From assembly GCF_006345805.1 (NCBI RefSeq), contig NC_043004.1:101122001-101186000 (forward strand): a stretch of DNA of 64,000 nucleotides, written 5' to 3'. Position 1 is the first letter of the stretch. Every line of letters starts with the position of its first letter. Source of the DNA: Octopus sinensis. Taxonomy: Eukaryota. Positions 1 through 12,288 of this stretch are shown here, piece after piece. Under the pieces are notes generated by a model. The model worked only from the letters and a program-made list of their open reading frames with translations. It made no database searches and was not told where the DNA came from. The position numbers and the translations under genes were made by a program.

Positions 1-651
1 CCGTACTCTTTGGAAACCAGAAACTGCTTTGGAATTTTTTGCTAAAGGATGGGTGTATCACAATGTAAACAAAGAGAAACAAATGTTAGTCATAATAATG
101 CATTGAAAAAAAAAATCGACACATATTTATTCATAAAAACATGGGTGGTTATTTCTTTCTTTCATGCCTCTGTGTGTGTGTGTACATGCACACAAGCCTG
201 CATAAATGTATTATATATTATATTATAGCGTGGTTAGAAATGGGAAGAGTGGCGCTTTTGATGTATATTATGTTGAGTTTTTACGGGAGTAGACCAACAC
301 ATCCTTTTGGTATGTCATTGCTTATATATATTTTTATAATTGACAAAAAGTTGATCTTGGCCCTTTAATCCCTTTTTTTTCACAAGGGATGATAATGAAG
401 CGTTTAATAAATTGCGGACGTGAAAGTTTCAACCCTTGAGTCACTTACATAAATTACAACAGATTTTTTTTTTTAAATGGGACCGGGGAATGTATGTATA
501 CTCATGTATTGAGTTTTATATCTTCTGTCAAAGAGGGACTGGCCTGTCGCTAGACTTTGTTGCCTAGGGGTGCTTCAGAATATCCTGGATGGGCACTAAT
601 TTTATGACAATGCTAAAGTTGAGTCACTAAAGTGGAGTAAATATGGGGGAG

Positions 652-1090
652 GGATCTTTTCTGTTTGAACGGCAGATTTTTCTAGCGGTGTCATATGAAA
701 TTGTCACCCATAATTATGACCCTAGTATCGATCTATTGCATTTTCAATCTGTTTTAGGGTTAGGGTTAGTTAGGGTTAGGGTAAGAGTTAGGGGTGGGGA
801 GAAGTGTATCTTTTTTCCTTCACAAATGTAAATAAACCCAATCTGTTTCTTAAACGAGGGACATATTCATACGGCACAGAATGTTTTTTACCTCATTAGA
901 CGTCAGTGATTGGTTTAAATTGCAGAAATTGAAGAAAAAAACAACAAATATCTTACAAACTATAGAATTTTCTTAATAAAGCCAAGAGAAAAAGATGTTT
1001 TATAAACACATTCTACCAGTATACGAAGTTTATAATTTTTTAGTTACCTAGAAATTATGTTAGAAACTGCCGTTCAAACCGAAAAGATCC
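652..1090 (+). mobile_element. MITE with GGATC-ended TIRs and internal (TTAGGG)n; Merlin-like
   Basis: TIRs ggatcttttctgtttgaacggcag / ctgccgttcaaaccgaaaagatcc; degenerate 8-bp TSD tgggggag/tggggttg; two more copies in the window. Confidence 0.85.
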
Positions 1091-1549
1091 TGGGGTTGCA
1101 CTGTCGAATAGCGAGGGGGCAGTGTCGTCCACCACACCCGCTAAGCGACAGGCATGGGGGTGGCAGGAATGGATGGGTGTGTCAAATAGCTCTGGTTGCT
1201 ACAGTCATCATGTAATCTAGTATGTGTAACATATCAGGTGGTCGACAACTAAATCAGTACCTACCCACAACTGGCTAGTCTAATGAAGAAGATTGCAAGA
1301 AATCCGACAGAATATAAACATAACCTGTTACAAGGACAGATAAACCCAGCACAGAGTCCAGCATTAATGTCCAGCCCAATACTTGTCATTCAAATTGCTC
1401 GCTCCAAATTCAGTGTCTGTTCTAGAATCCGGCAGTTACTGGCGGTCGTGGCCTCTACATGCGTATGTAGATAACCTACGGTAAACAGTAGGTATAGTCA
1501 ATCATTGTATTGCCTCTTATGATCTAATTCTTTATAAATAAGTATCAAG

Positions 1550-1721
1550 CACTGGCGTAGCTAGAGTGTGTGCCGCTCGGGGCGCCCCTTCCGTTTGCCT
1601 CCCCCGGATCCCACAAAAAATACACATTGCCTACAGCAATATCCTACAACAGGATGAAAAGTGCCGCTCCTTTAAACGTGCCACTCGGAGCGGACTGCTC
1701 CCCACCCTAGATACGCTTGTG
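1550..1721. mobile_element. Short hAT-like MITE
   Basis: Ends cactggcgtagctag ... ctagatacgcttgtg; related to 45851-46078 in the opposite orientation. Confidence 0.6.
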
Positions 1722-1779
1722 GCGACAAGTGAACAAAGTCTTGGCTCTTGAATCATGTTGAAATATATAGGAAGGTTGC

Positions 1780-1827
<48 letters not shown>

Positions 1828-1899
1828 ATATAAATATATGCATATATACATGCATATATATATATATACATACCTACATATATATGTATATATACATGC

Positions 1900-2501
1900 A
1901 TATATGGGTACAGGACATCAAAAAAGCGTTGAATACAATGAGGAACGAAAACATAAAAACAAAAATAGAGAAACGAGACATACAACATAAAGAATATTCC
2001 CCTTCTTCAGTTGTCCCTGTTTCAACTACTCCGCTTATCGAAGGCAAGGACAAGACGCGACTTCTTTGAAACAATCCTTCCCACAAAGCAAATTAAATAA
2101 AGTTTGGGATTTTTTGCGGAGGGTCAAAGTGGTAACAAGAACAGGACAGTGAGAACAAAACAGTAAAAACAAACGGTGAGGGTTGTTAAGCCAAGACAAT
2201 AGAAAAATTATGAACGTTAGGAAGACGAGCTTATGAAGGAGACAGTATAAACACGTTTAGTCTTTACGGAGGTTGTAAGCAGAAAGGTGGAATCCCTTTC
2301 GTCACGTGTCAGCGACGAGAGAGTCGAGGAGGAGGATTGATATAGATCGTTAACCACTACACACATTTTTTTTCTCTCCTTGTTTTTTGTGTCCCTTTCT
2401 GTAGAAGAGCGTAGGGTCGAAACGTGAAAGACTTTTTCTATTCCTGAGCGTTATACTAATACATCTGTTTGTTTTGTACACCACCTGTCTTCGTAAACTC
2501 T

Positions 2502-2505
<4 letters not shown>
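1900..2505. mobile_element. Penelope-like element fragments with hammerhead-like motif (2391-2432, +)
   Basis: CTGTAGA-a-gagc/ggtc-GAAACGTG flanked by cttt/aaag; homologous in reverse to ~8925-9110; abuts TA-rich microsatellites. Confidence 0.55.
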
Positions 2506-2557
<52 letters not shown>

Positions 2558-3072
2558 TCGAAGTTATCAAGAACCTGGGGTTAAAACTTAATATACAAAT
2601 GCTTCAGAAAGAAGCGTTTGTCGAGTATAGAGCAAGCATAAGAAATTATATAAGTGACAAAGGCACAAGAAACTGTGTAATGAACTTCATTTGTTTACTG
2701 CTTTTCCAGCCATAATACATTCATATTTCTGGAGCTTGTATATCACGTTATGGCTTCTTCGGAGCTTGGCAAATATGTATTAATGAATGACATTAGAACA
2801 GAAGTTTATCATTCATTCATTCATTGCCATTACGCATTATACTCTGTGCTGATCAGCTGGTTTACTGTAAAACATGAGTTCAAACAAATGGTGATTAGTT
2901 TCGCTATGTCTAAGCGGAATCATAAAACACACAGTGGACTTGGATATATATCAAGCCAACATAAAAAGCTACAATTTTTTTTTTAATTTGAACTGTGTAG
3001 TAAGAATCGAACCCTAATGCTCGCTTTTGAAACAGGAGTGAATTTCACATTAAACTAGAAAAGCTTTGGCAT

Positions 3073-3392
3073 ATTTCTTATTTCTTTATTGCCCACAAGG
3101 GGCTAAACATAGAAGGGACAAACAAGAACAGGCAAAGGGATTAAGTCGATTACATCGACCCCAGTTCTTTACTACCCACAAGGGGCTAAACATAGAAGGG
3201 ACAAACAAGGACAGAACAAAGGGATTGAGTCGATTACATCGACTGCAGTGCGTAACTGGTACTTAATTTATCGACCCCGAAAGGATGAAAGGCAAAGTCG
3301 ACCTCGGCGGAATTTGAACTCAGAACGTAGCGGCAGACGAAATACTGCTGCGCATTTCGCCCGGCATGCTAACGTATCTGCCAGCTCGCCGC
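3073..3392 (-). mobile_element. SINE family B (Meta/MESC-like central domain), 3' tail tandemly duplicated
   Basis: Reverse complement of ggcggcgagctggcag...gcctttcatcctttcggggtcgataaattaagtaccag...tagccccttgtggg; tail present twice. Confidence 0.9.
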
Positions 3393-3775
3393 CATAAAGA
3401 GTAAGTAATTGAGCTTTGGCCTATATCTGCCTGCAACCGCCCCCCCCCCCCACTCTCAACATTTTCTAATTTGTATTGTATCTTCATCGTGCATATTTAA
3501 AATGCAATTGTTTATTTCGATTCTGCCTTTTGGTATTATAAAAACTTCAGATGTGAATTATTTTATTTTGTTATTTATTTATTTATTTATTTTATTCAGT
3601 TACTTGAAAGTTGTGACCTTTCACTAATAAATTCTGTTCAGCTTAAGAAATTCACAATACACCTTTCTTAGGTTCTCTCCTTTCAATGCCTTGCATTTAA
3701 ACTTTTATTTTCTCATGATAGTTCTACGTTGAATATCTAACGTATGTGTTTACGTTTCTTAATAAGGTGCTTTGA

Positions 3776-3830
<55 letters not shown>

Positions 3831-3887
3831 AAAACATTAAAGATATATATTCTTTGTGATTGGTAAACGTACAAAGTGACACATAAA

Positions 3888-4012
<125 letters not shown>

Positions 4013-4937
4013 TGTATGTATGTATGTATGTATGTATATTCATACATACAATGTGGAGTGTATGTGTATTGTGAGCACAGACACTGTGTATATACAGCTA
4101 TTGTAGAAACCCAGGTCTCTCTCCCTTTCATAAGTCTGTAACCATTGTTTGAATACAACGATCTATTTAGCCCCTTTTTTAATACATACATTCCTCCGGG
4201 CATTACCAAATTATTAGGGCTTCACTAACTTTATTCTTTACCGCTCCCCGTTTCATTGTAAACAACAAATATTAGCCAGCATTAGACTGCAGGGGAGCTC
4301 TCTTCTTTTCTTTCCTTTTATTTATCTATTTATTTATCCCTTTTAAAAAAATTTTTCTTTTTTTTTTTTGTTTGAAGAATCACTTCTGATGTCCCTGGAC
4401 TATGTCCCCCATGTGGAATGAATTAACAAAAGTCCACATCAGCTGCAATTCAATGGATTTTCCTCATTCAACAGCTGCCTACCATCTCTCCACCACTTTG
4501 CACAACCACTGGCCCTCCACAACTACTGTCAATGACATTTCTCACACAACCACTACCTACCTAATACTACTTTCATGTATCCCCCCCCAACACAATACCA
4601 CCACACTATCACTGCTCTCCACTTTCCTCGCAAGTATAAACACGACGGACCCATTTTAAAACTACCACCACCACCGCAACCATTACTATTATCATTCCTA
4701 CGACTACCACTATCATAATCATCGCATTCACCACCAGCATTATAATCATCACTCCCACCGTCCCTCCGGTATAACAGCCACTAAAAACTACAACTGCATT
4801 TTTGCTCTCTATCACTATTACCACCATTGGCGGTAGAAAACAAACAAACAGTCGCCAATATGAACTCAATTGATATGACTAGCACAGTTTAACGAGGAAA
4901 TTATTTCTCTTGATGATCACGTGAAGGTGAAAAGGAG

Positions 4938-4959
<22 letters not shown>

Positions 4960-4999
<40 letters not shown>

Positions 5000-5912
5000 A
5001 CACACACACACACACACACACACACTACTGCATATGTGGAAATCTGTGGGTGTATTTGTTTGTGGCGTTGTTATCTAACTCCTCCGACATCTTTTTATCG
5101 ATTTTGATGAAACTTGATATGTGAGTAAAACTCATGTCTGGAAAACTAGTCACATACTTAGATTGTTGAAAAAAAATCGATAATAGGGCCCCTGGAAGGG
5201 ATTCTTATATCTACTACATATAACTAATATATTATATTTAAACATCCAAGGGAAATAACCCATTCGCTCCTGAAAGGGATCCTTATATATATCCAAGAGA
5301 AATAACCTGTTCATGTTCATAGATTATTTCGTATAAATCAAATTGAGTATGCTTATTTCTTAGTATTTGAACTATTTGAGTTATTTTCGCAATTTATCTA
5401 GACAAGTAAATAGTATTTTCCTAAACAATAGATCCACTTATTTCGGTTAGTGACTTATTCACGAATATACCAACACTAGTGCCATTGAGGGTAATATTCT
5501 CTGCGAACGCACAGAAGCTTTTTTCAGAGTTATTTACTTTGAATTGTTATTATCTCATATATGATTAGCCTGTTACTACGTAACTGGCTTCACGATTTTA
5601 GTATACATACCTTATTAGTATTTCCTCCTAAGTTCTATATACTCTGAGAACCTATTAAAGCCCTTTAGGGAGCTACTTTATTTGAATTCTTACTATCCAG
5701 TAATTAATTTCACGTTATTACATAACTGACTTCACAGTTTGGGTATACATAACTTATTGGGAATTCCTCAAAATAAGAACCTGTGTAAGACAGTTCGGTA
5801 TTCTCAATAAATACACAAAAACTGTTTTAAGGGGTACATACTTTGTATTGTTGTTACTGGATTAGCGAAAAAAATCATGAGAACTTTCCCGGAATTACCG
5901 GGTACGTCAGCT

Positions 5913-5915
<3 letters not shown>
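4960..5915 (+). mobile_element. Non-autonomous Helitron-like element
   Basis: 3' hairpin cccggaattaccggg followed by cttg|t; 5' part (tctaactcctccgac) resembles the Helitrons at 18906 and 61700. Confidence 0.55.
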
Positions 5916-5980
<65 letters not shown>

Positions 5981-6197
5981 CATACATACATACATACATA
6001 CATACATACATACATACATACATACATACATGCATATATGGGTACAGGACGTCACTAACAGTTCAAACAACATGAAATATGTAAACAAATACGTAAGCAA
6101 CGAGAAAAAAAATGGAAAACAGGACAAGTAAACATAGAAAGAACCCTTCATCAGTTGTCGGGTGTCTATATACTCATTTCGAGCAGATATATATATA

Positions 6198-6719
6198 TCA
6201 TCATCATCATCATCATCGTTTAACGTCCGCTTTCCATGCTAGCATGGGTTGGACGGTTCAACTGGGGTCTGGGAAGCCCGAAGGCTGCACCAGGCCAGTC
6301 AGATCTGGCAGTGTTTCTACAGCTGGATGCCCTTCCTAACGCCAACCACTCCGTGAGTGTAGTGGGTGCTTTTTATGTGCCACCTGCACAGGTGCCAGAC
6401 GAGGCTGGCGAACGGCCACGCTCGGATGGTGTTTTTTATGTGCCACCGACACAGGTGCCAGACGAGGCTGGCGAACGGCCACGCTTGGATGGTGTTTTTT
6501 ACGTGCCACCGGCACGGTCGATGCGGTACTGGCTACGGCCACGTTCGGATGGTTTTCTTATGTGCCACCAGCACTGTTACCGCAAAGATACAAATTCCAT
6601 TGATGTTCATCGATTTTGATTTGGTTTGATTTTCACTTGCCTCAACAGGTCTTCACAAGTGTCCCAAGAAGGAAGGTATGCACAGGTGGACTGACTACGT
6701 CCCAGGTAGGGGCCATGGG

Positions 6720-6720
<1 letters not shown>
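6198..6720 (-). mobile_element. Family E, RTE-related SINE/non-autonomous retroelement with internal ~60-bp tandem units
   Basis: (GAT)n tail; motif gttggcgttaggaagggcatccagctgtagaaac; other copies at 30675-30892, 44880-45090, 46590-47005, 55255-55576. Confidence 0.85.
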
Positions 6721-6760
<40 letters not shown>

Positions 6761-6768
<8 letters not shown>

Positions 6769-7060
6769 CGGAAACGTTGTGTTAACAACAAACAATTTAC
6801 ATTATTTCCGTACGACGGATATTTGTCCTCATCTTGTTTGTTGTTAACACAACGTTTCCGCTGATATACCCTCCAGCCTTCTTCAGGTGTCTTGGGGGAA
6901 ATTTCGAACCTGGGTTCTCATTCCTAAGGTATTTTTCGATGTTATTGTTGTTGTTCTTCTTATTATTATTATTATTGTTCTTGTTCAGGTGACTGCTTGG
7001 AATCGAACTCGGAATCTTGGGGTTAGTAGTCCGCGCTCTTAACCCCTACGCCATATGCCC
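6761..7060 (-). mobile_element. tRNA-headed element with hammerhead-bearing Penelope-type tail
   Basis: tRNA-like head 7060-6989 (A box tggcgtaggggtt, B box gagttcgattcc), (AAT)n spacer, HHR motif 6891-6846, 35-bp terminal inverted duplication. Confidence 0.7.
6846..6891 (-). ncRNA. Minimal type I hammerhead ribozyme motif
   Basis: gacac-CUGAAGA-a-ggcug..cagcg-GAAA-CG-UU-guguu; stems I and II pair. Confidence 0.6.
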
Positions 7061-7364
7061 GAATGTAGCAACGAGCATCAAGTTTTGTTATGATGTTAGC
7101 TAAGAGCAGTCACATAACGAATTCTATATTTTGCTGCCATAATATTTATTTGGTTGGTTTGAATCTACAGCCAAGCTCGAAAGACCAGTTTTGGTCAAGA
7201 AGCGAACGGGAGATGATTAGTGTGAACTTGACGTGAACACTGTCTTTTAAGGCTCCACTAAGAGTATTCGAACCTTTTCGAGAAGCGAACCGCATGAGAC
7301 ATAGCACATTGTCAGACAAGGTGTTTGAAACAACATGCACCATCAGGCGAGCCGCACTACTAAA

Positions 7365-7757
7365 AGGAGTGGCTGTGTAGTAAGTAGCTTGCTTACCAAC
7401 TACATGGTTCCGGGTTCAGTCCCACTGCGTGGCACCTTGGGCAAGTGTCTTCTACTATAGCCTCGGGCCGACCAAAGCCTTGTGAGTGGATTTGGTAGAC
7501 GGAAACTGAAAGAAGCCCGTCGTATATATGTATATACATATATATATATGTGTGTGTGTGTCTGTGTTTGTTCCCCCAACATCGCTTGACAACCAATGCT
7601 GGTGTGATTGCGTCTCCGTAACTTAGCGGTTCGGCAAAAGAAACCGATGGAATAAGTACTAGGCTTACAAAGAATAAGTCCTGGGGTCGATTTGCTCGAC
7701 TAAAGGCGGTGCTCCAGCATGGCCGCAGTCAAATGACTGAAACAAGTAAAAGAGAGA
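7365..7757 (+). mobile_element. SINE family A (tRNA head, CORE-like domain, internal TA/TG microsatellite)
   Basis: A box tggctgtgtggt, B box ggttcagtccc, CORE-like ggcaccttgggcaagtgtctt, tail gcagtcaaatgactgaaacaagtaaaag. Confidence 0.92.
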
Positions 7758-8357
7758 ATAATAAATAATTCCAGTTAGTTTTTGTTAGGTGTTGCTATTC
7801 AGAAAGTCCCACGGGTCGCAGTTTGCTCATGACTGCTCTAAATCCCTTAAAAACAAAGCTAGTAGCATTGACAAATTGGCTCAGTTATCGTACAGCTAAG
7901 GAAAGTACCTTTTAATGAAGAATTCCCGAACATTTAGTAGGAAATTCATCTTACGCAATTTCCATGGCTAACGTTCATTCTAAGGAAAGAAAGCAAATGC
8001 TGTGAGTTGATCTAGTTAATAGTAAATATCTTTCTTTGCAGGTCATTCCTGCAGGTCATTTTTCTGTTTATGTCATTGTATTCAAATTGACATGTTTACT
8101 CTACTGCTATTTCTAACCGGAGGTTTGTACGTATCATTTATTTATTTGATATACTTGCATCAGATATGATTATTTCTGTTTGCGTAAACCATTGTTCATA
8201 CGATGGATTTTTGTACGCATGCTTACCGCCTTCTGAATACACACACACGTATATATATATATAAAGACAGAAACTGGAGAAATTACACCGGTAGTATAAC
8301 AGATACTTTTATCACTTAGACAGTTATTCCAACCTATAACTCTACTAACCTACATAC

Positions 8358-8395
<38 letters not shown>

Positions 8396-8433
8396 CATCT
8401 ATATATATATATACATATATATATATATACATC

Positions 8434-8464
<31 letters not shown>

Positions 8465-8465
8465 C

Positions 8466-8850
8466 AGGCTTCAAAACCATATGGTTCCGGGTTCAGTCCC
8501 ACGTCGGGGTACCTCGGGTAGGGTTCATCTACTATAGCCTCGGCCCAACCAAAGCCTTGTGAGTGTATTTGGTAGACGGTTGTATGTATGTGTGTGTGTA
8601 TATATATGTGTGCGTGTGTGTGTGAGTGTGTGATTCTTTGTGTCTGTGTTTGTCCCCCACCATCGCTTGACAACCGATGGTGGTGTGTTTATGTACACGT
8701 AACTTAGCAGCTCGGCAAAAGAGATCGCCAGAATAAGTACTAGGCTTACAAAGAGTAAATCCAGGGGTCGATTTCTTCGGCTTAAAAAAAAAACCTTTAA
8801 GGCGGTGCTCCAGCACAGCCGCAGTCAAATGACTGAAACACCTAAAAGAA
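8466..8850 (+). mobile_element. SINE family A, 5'-truncated
   Basis: Homology to 7365-7757. Confidence 0.85.
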
Positions 8851-8880
8851 TTATATATATATATATATATATTATATATA

Positions 8881-8911
<31 letters not shown>

Positions 8912-8914
<3 letters not shown>

Positions 8915-9300
8915 AATATTGTGAGAATTTACAAAAACAAACAAAAGACGAAGACGAGTGTGTAAACAACAAGCAGATGTATTAGTTTAACGCTCGAGAA
9001 GTGAGAAAGTCTTTTACGTTTCGAGCCTACGCTCTTCGACGGAAAGGAACACAGAAATAAACAGGGAGAGAAAATAGAAAATGTTTAGTGGCTAGCGATC
9101 TATCATGGTGAATGCCTGACAGAGGGGTCACACAGGAGAGCTAGGATGAAGGGGAGACAATAAAGTAGTGGTGATCCCAAAACGAAGGTGTGCGTGCGTA
9201 TGTATGTGAGAGCGTGTACGTGCGTGTAGAAGAAGGCTGGTGACATTGACGTGTGCGTGTGTGCATGTGTAGGTGTGTGGATGATGGTGAAGGTGCTGGG
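8912..9300 (-). mobile_element. Penelope-like fragment with hammerhead-like motif (9009-9050)
   Basis: rc: cuuu-CCGUCGA-a-gagc-guag-gcuc-GAAA-CG-UA-aaag; homologous to ~2340-2495. Confidence 0.55.
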
Positions 9301-9696
9301 ATGTGGTCAGTGTTAGTGTGTGCGGAGTGGTGTGGTATGGTGGTGGTGGAGTGGTGTGGTGGTGTGTGGTGTAGTATGTCTGTATGAGTTAGAGGTTAAG
9401 AAATCATCTAAGGGATATCAAAGATCCCATATACTACTGGATGTGTACCTACGTATTTTTAACCTCCCCCAAAATTTCGGGCCTTGTGCCAAGAGTAGAA
9501 GAGAATATATTACGTGTTATATATGTGTAGAGAGATTAATTTCTATTATTGCATATTTGAAAGCATTAAGTAGTCTCATGTTACTTGCTTTGATCCAATG
9601 TACCACTTTACAAAGGAATAAAGTTAGTTTCATTTGTTACTTCCGCGTGGGAATACGCAAAACATATTATATAATGGTATACATAACTTTTAGTAA

Positions 9697-9926
9697 GGCG
9701 GCGAACTGGCAGAAACGTTAGCACGCCGGGCGAAATGCTTAGCGGTATTTCGTCTGCGTTACGTTGTGAGTTCAAATTCCGCCGAGGTCGACTTTGCCTT
9801 TCATCCCTTCGGGGTCGATAAATTAAGTACCAGTTACGAACTGGGGTCGATGTAATCGACTTAATACCTATGTGTGTCCTTGTTTATTCCCTCTGTGTTT
9901 AGCCCCTTGTGGGTAATAAAGAAATA
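9697..9926 (+). mobile_element. SINE family B, full length, 21-bp TSD
   Basis: TSD ggtatacataacttttagtaa at 9676-9696 and 9927-9947. Confidence 0.93.
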
Positions 9927-10244
9927 GGTATACATAACTTTTAGTAAAATCAAGGGAGTTTTTACACACCCGTAAAATCTGCATACATATATATAGTTAT
10001 GTATGTGTGTGTGTGTGTGTAATAGAAGAGGTTCTTTCGAAAAAAATAATTAACATAAAATAGAATGAGATTTCATGAGGTAAAAAGAAAGATGAGAATT
10101 TCTAGCAAGAAAAATATTTTACTTTAAAATGCGGAAAACAACTCTTTTGAATCGACTTGATACCAATTTATTTTGAAAGGTGGAACACATAAGAAGTTCT
10201 AACCAAATAGCAGCACTGTCCTCACTAAGGTTCTTTGTCACTGC

Positions 10245-10456
10245 CCCTTTCGTTACCAACCCGGCTCTGGCTCTGAGTACTAAATGTCTCGTTTTCATAA
10301 GTTTTGAATTAAAATCTTCCACCAAGCCTTAGTCCCAATTTATTTTCCTAACACTAGCTTAATGATAACTAAGTTATTTTACTAAATTCTCTGTTTTATT
10401 TAAAATTAATTAAAAGAAACCCAGAGCATCTCAAAATAAATACAGTACTGAAAGGG
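10245..10456. mobile_element. piggyBac-like MITE
   Basis: CCCTTTC...GAAAGGG|TTAA; inverted copy at 44417-44638 has TTAA on both sides. Confidence 0.8.
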
Positions 10457-11422
10457 TTAAAAGAAAAAATAGCTGTAGAGAGATATGTTACAGCTTATCC
10501 CATGTAAAGTGAAAACTATTTTAAAAATTTAACAAATTTACTTCGTTAAATATTTCCCTGTATGCATTCATAACCGATAGCATTCTCGACAAACGCACAC
10601 ACACAGACACAAGTTTAATAAATATCAAACTTTGCACGTAAATTGAGTCAGTCCTTTATTCACTGTTACACTCAAAGAAGGAAAAAACTTGACAATCCTA
10701 AATACTGTGTTGACCTGGATTGTAGGACACTATCATGTGCATATAAGGTAGTTAATGGGGTACGGCAACTACTACTACTACTACTACTATTACTACTACC
10801 ATCACCACCGCCGCCACTTCGGGAATAGAGTAGTAATCTTGTCCCATTAAGTCCTATCAGCAACATCTAAATAAACAATATTCGAAGATACACCTATAAT
10901 GAGTCATGGTAGTTATAATTATATATATATACGAGTAGAAATTCTTTAATTAAAGGCGCAATTGGCTAAGATAGGGAAGGCGTGTCAGGGAACGGAATGA
11001 GGGGACGGTCAGAGCTTGTGTGTGTGAGTGATATTTGCGTGTTTGGCTTAAAGAGAAACCGAGGAAAAAGCAGTAAATCTCTCAGATATAAAAACAATAG
11101 ACCCCTGCCATGGCAACGATGACAACAACTACAAATGTAAAGAGCTTATGAAAAAGAACAAGACAGAAAGAAAATGGAGGGAAAAAATCTGGGTAAGGGA
11201 CAAAGATAGCTCCAGGTAGAAAACATACACCTGTTAATGTGAAGGAAATACCAGACGAACTATTTCACTTCATGTACAATATTTCTTGTTCTTGACCTCA
11301 ATACTACCTACACATTCTGACAGACTTCACAAATGAACTTAAATAATACTTGACGCTTATCGTTTTTTGTCAAAGCTTGTGTTGTGTGAGGGGTGTGTGT
11401 GTAATACTATATATATATAAAT

Positions 11423-11457
<35 letters not shown>

Positions 11458-11500
11458 TATATCTATATATATAATATATAAGTATATATATATAATATAT

Positions 11501-11550
<50 letters not shown>

Positions 11551-11568
11551 TATATATATATAATATAT

Positions 11569-11610
<42 letters not shown>

Positions 11611-11775
11611 ATTATATATATATATATATATATAGGTAAACAGTAAAAATAATTACAGACATGGACAAAACATAAACAAACCACAGAGACGACACAAGAA
11701 CCACAGACGGACATTCGAAGCCCTCAGTCATCAGTCAAGAACCAGATCATCTTAGCAATTTCGGCTGATTAATCT

Positions 11776-11843
<68 letters not shown>

Positions 11844-11856
11844 AAAAATAAAAGAT

Positions 11857-12288
11857 TCTTTTACTCTTTTACTTGTTTCAGTCATTTCCACGCGGCCATG
11901 CTGGAGCACCGCCTTTAGTCGAGCGAATCGACCCCAGGACTTATTCTTTCTAAGACTAGTACTCATTCTATCGGTCATTTTTGCCGAACCGCTAAATTAC
12001 GGGGACGTAAGCACACCAGCATCGGTTGTAAAGCGATGTTAGGGGGGACAAACACAGACACAAACACATTAATATATATATATATATATATAGATAGATA
12101 GATACATATATATATATACATATATATACATATATACGACGGGCTTCTTTAAGTTTCCGTCTACCAAATCCACTCACAAGGCTTTGGTCGGCCCGAGGCT
12201 ACATAGAAGACACTTGCCCAAGGTGCCACGCAGTGGGACTGAACCCAGAACCATGTGGTTGGTAAGCAAGCTACTTACCACACAGTCA
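11857..12288 (-). mobile_element. SINE family A
   Basis: Reverse-complement homology to 7365-7757. Confidence 0.9.

Noticed and set aside
754-800. TTAGGG repeats suggesting a telomere or chromosome-fusion site
   Set aside because: Only a few units, internal to a MITE present in three copies
1225-1459. TGTAAC...CTACA segment resembling a solo LTR
   Set aside because: No convincing TSD and no second copy in the window
6360-6575. Regularly spaced repeats resembling a CRISPR array
   Set aside because: The intervening sequences are themselves repeated, the context is eukaryotic and there are no cas genes
11104-11117. RFX X-box-like cctgccatggcaac
   Set aside because: Two mismatches to the palindrome and no associated gene start
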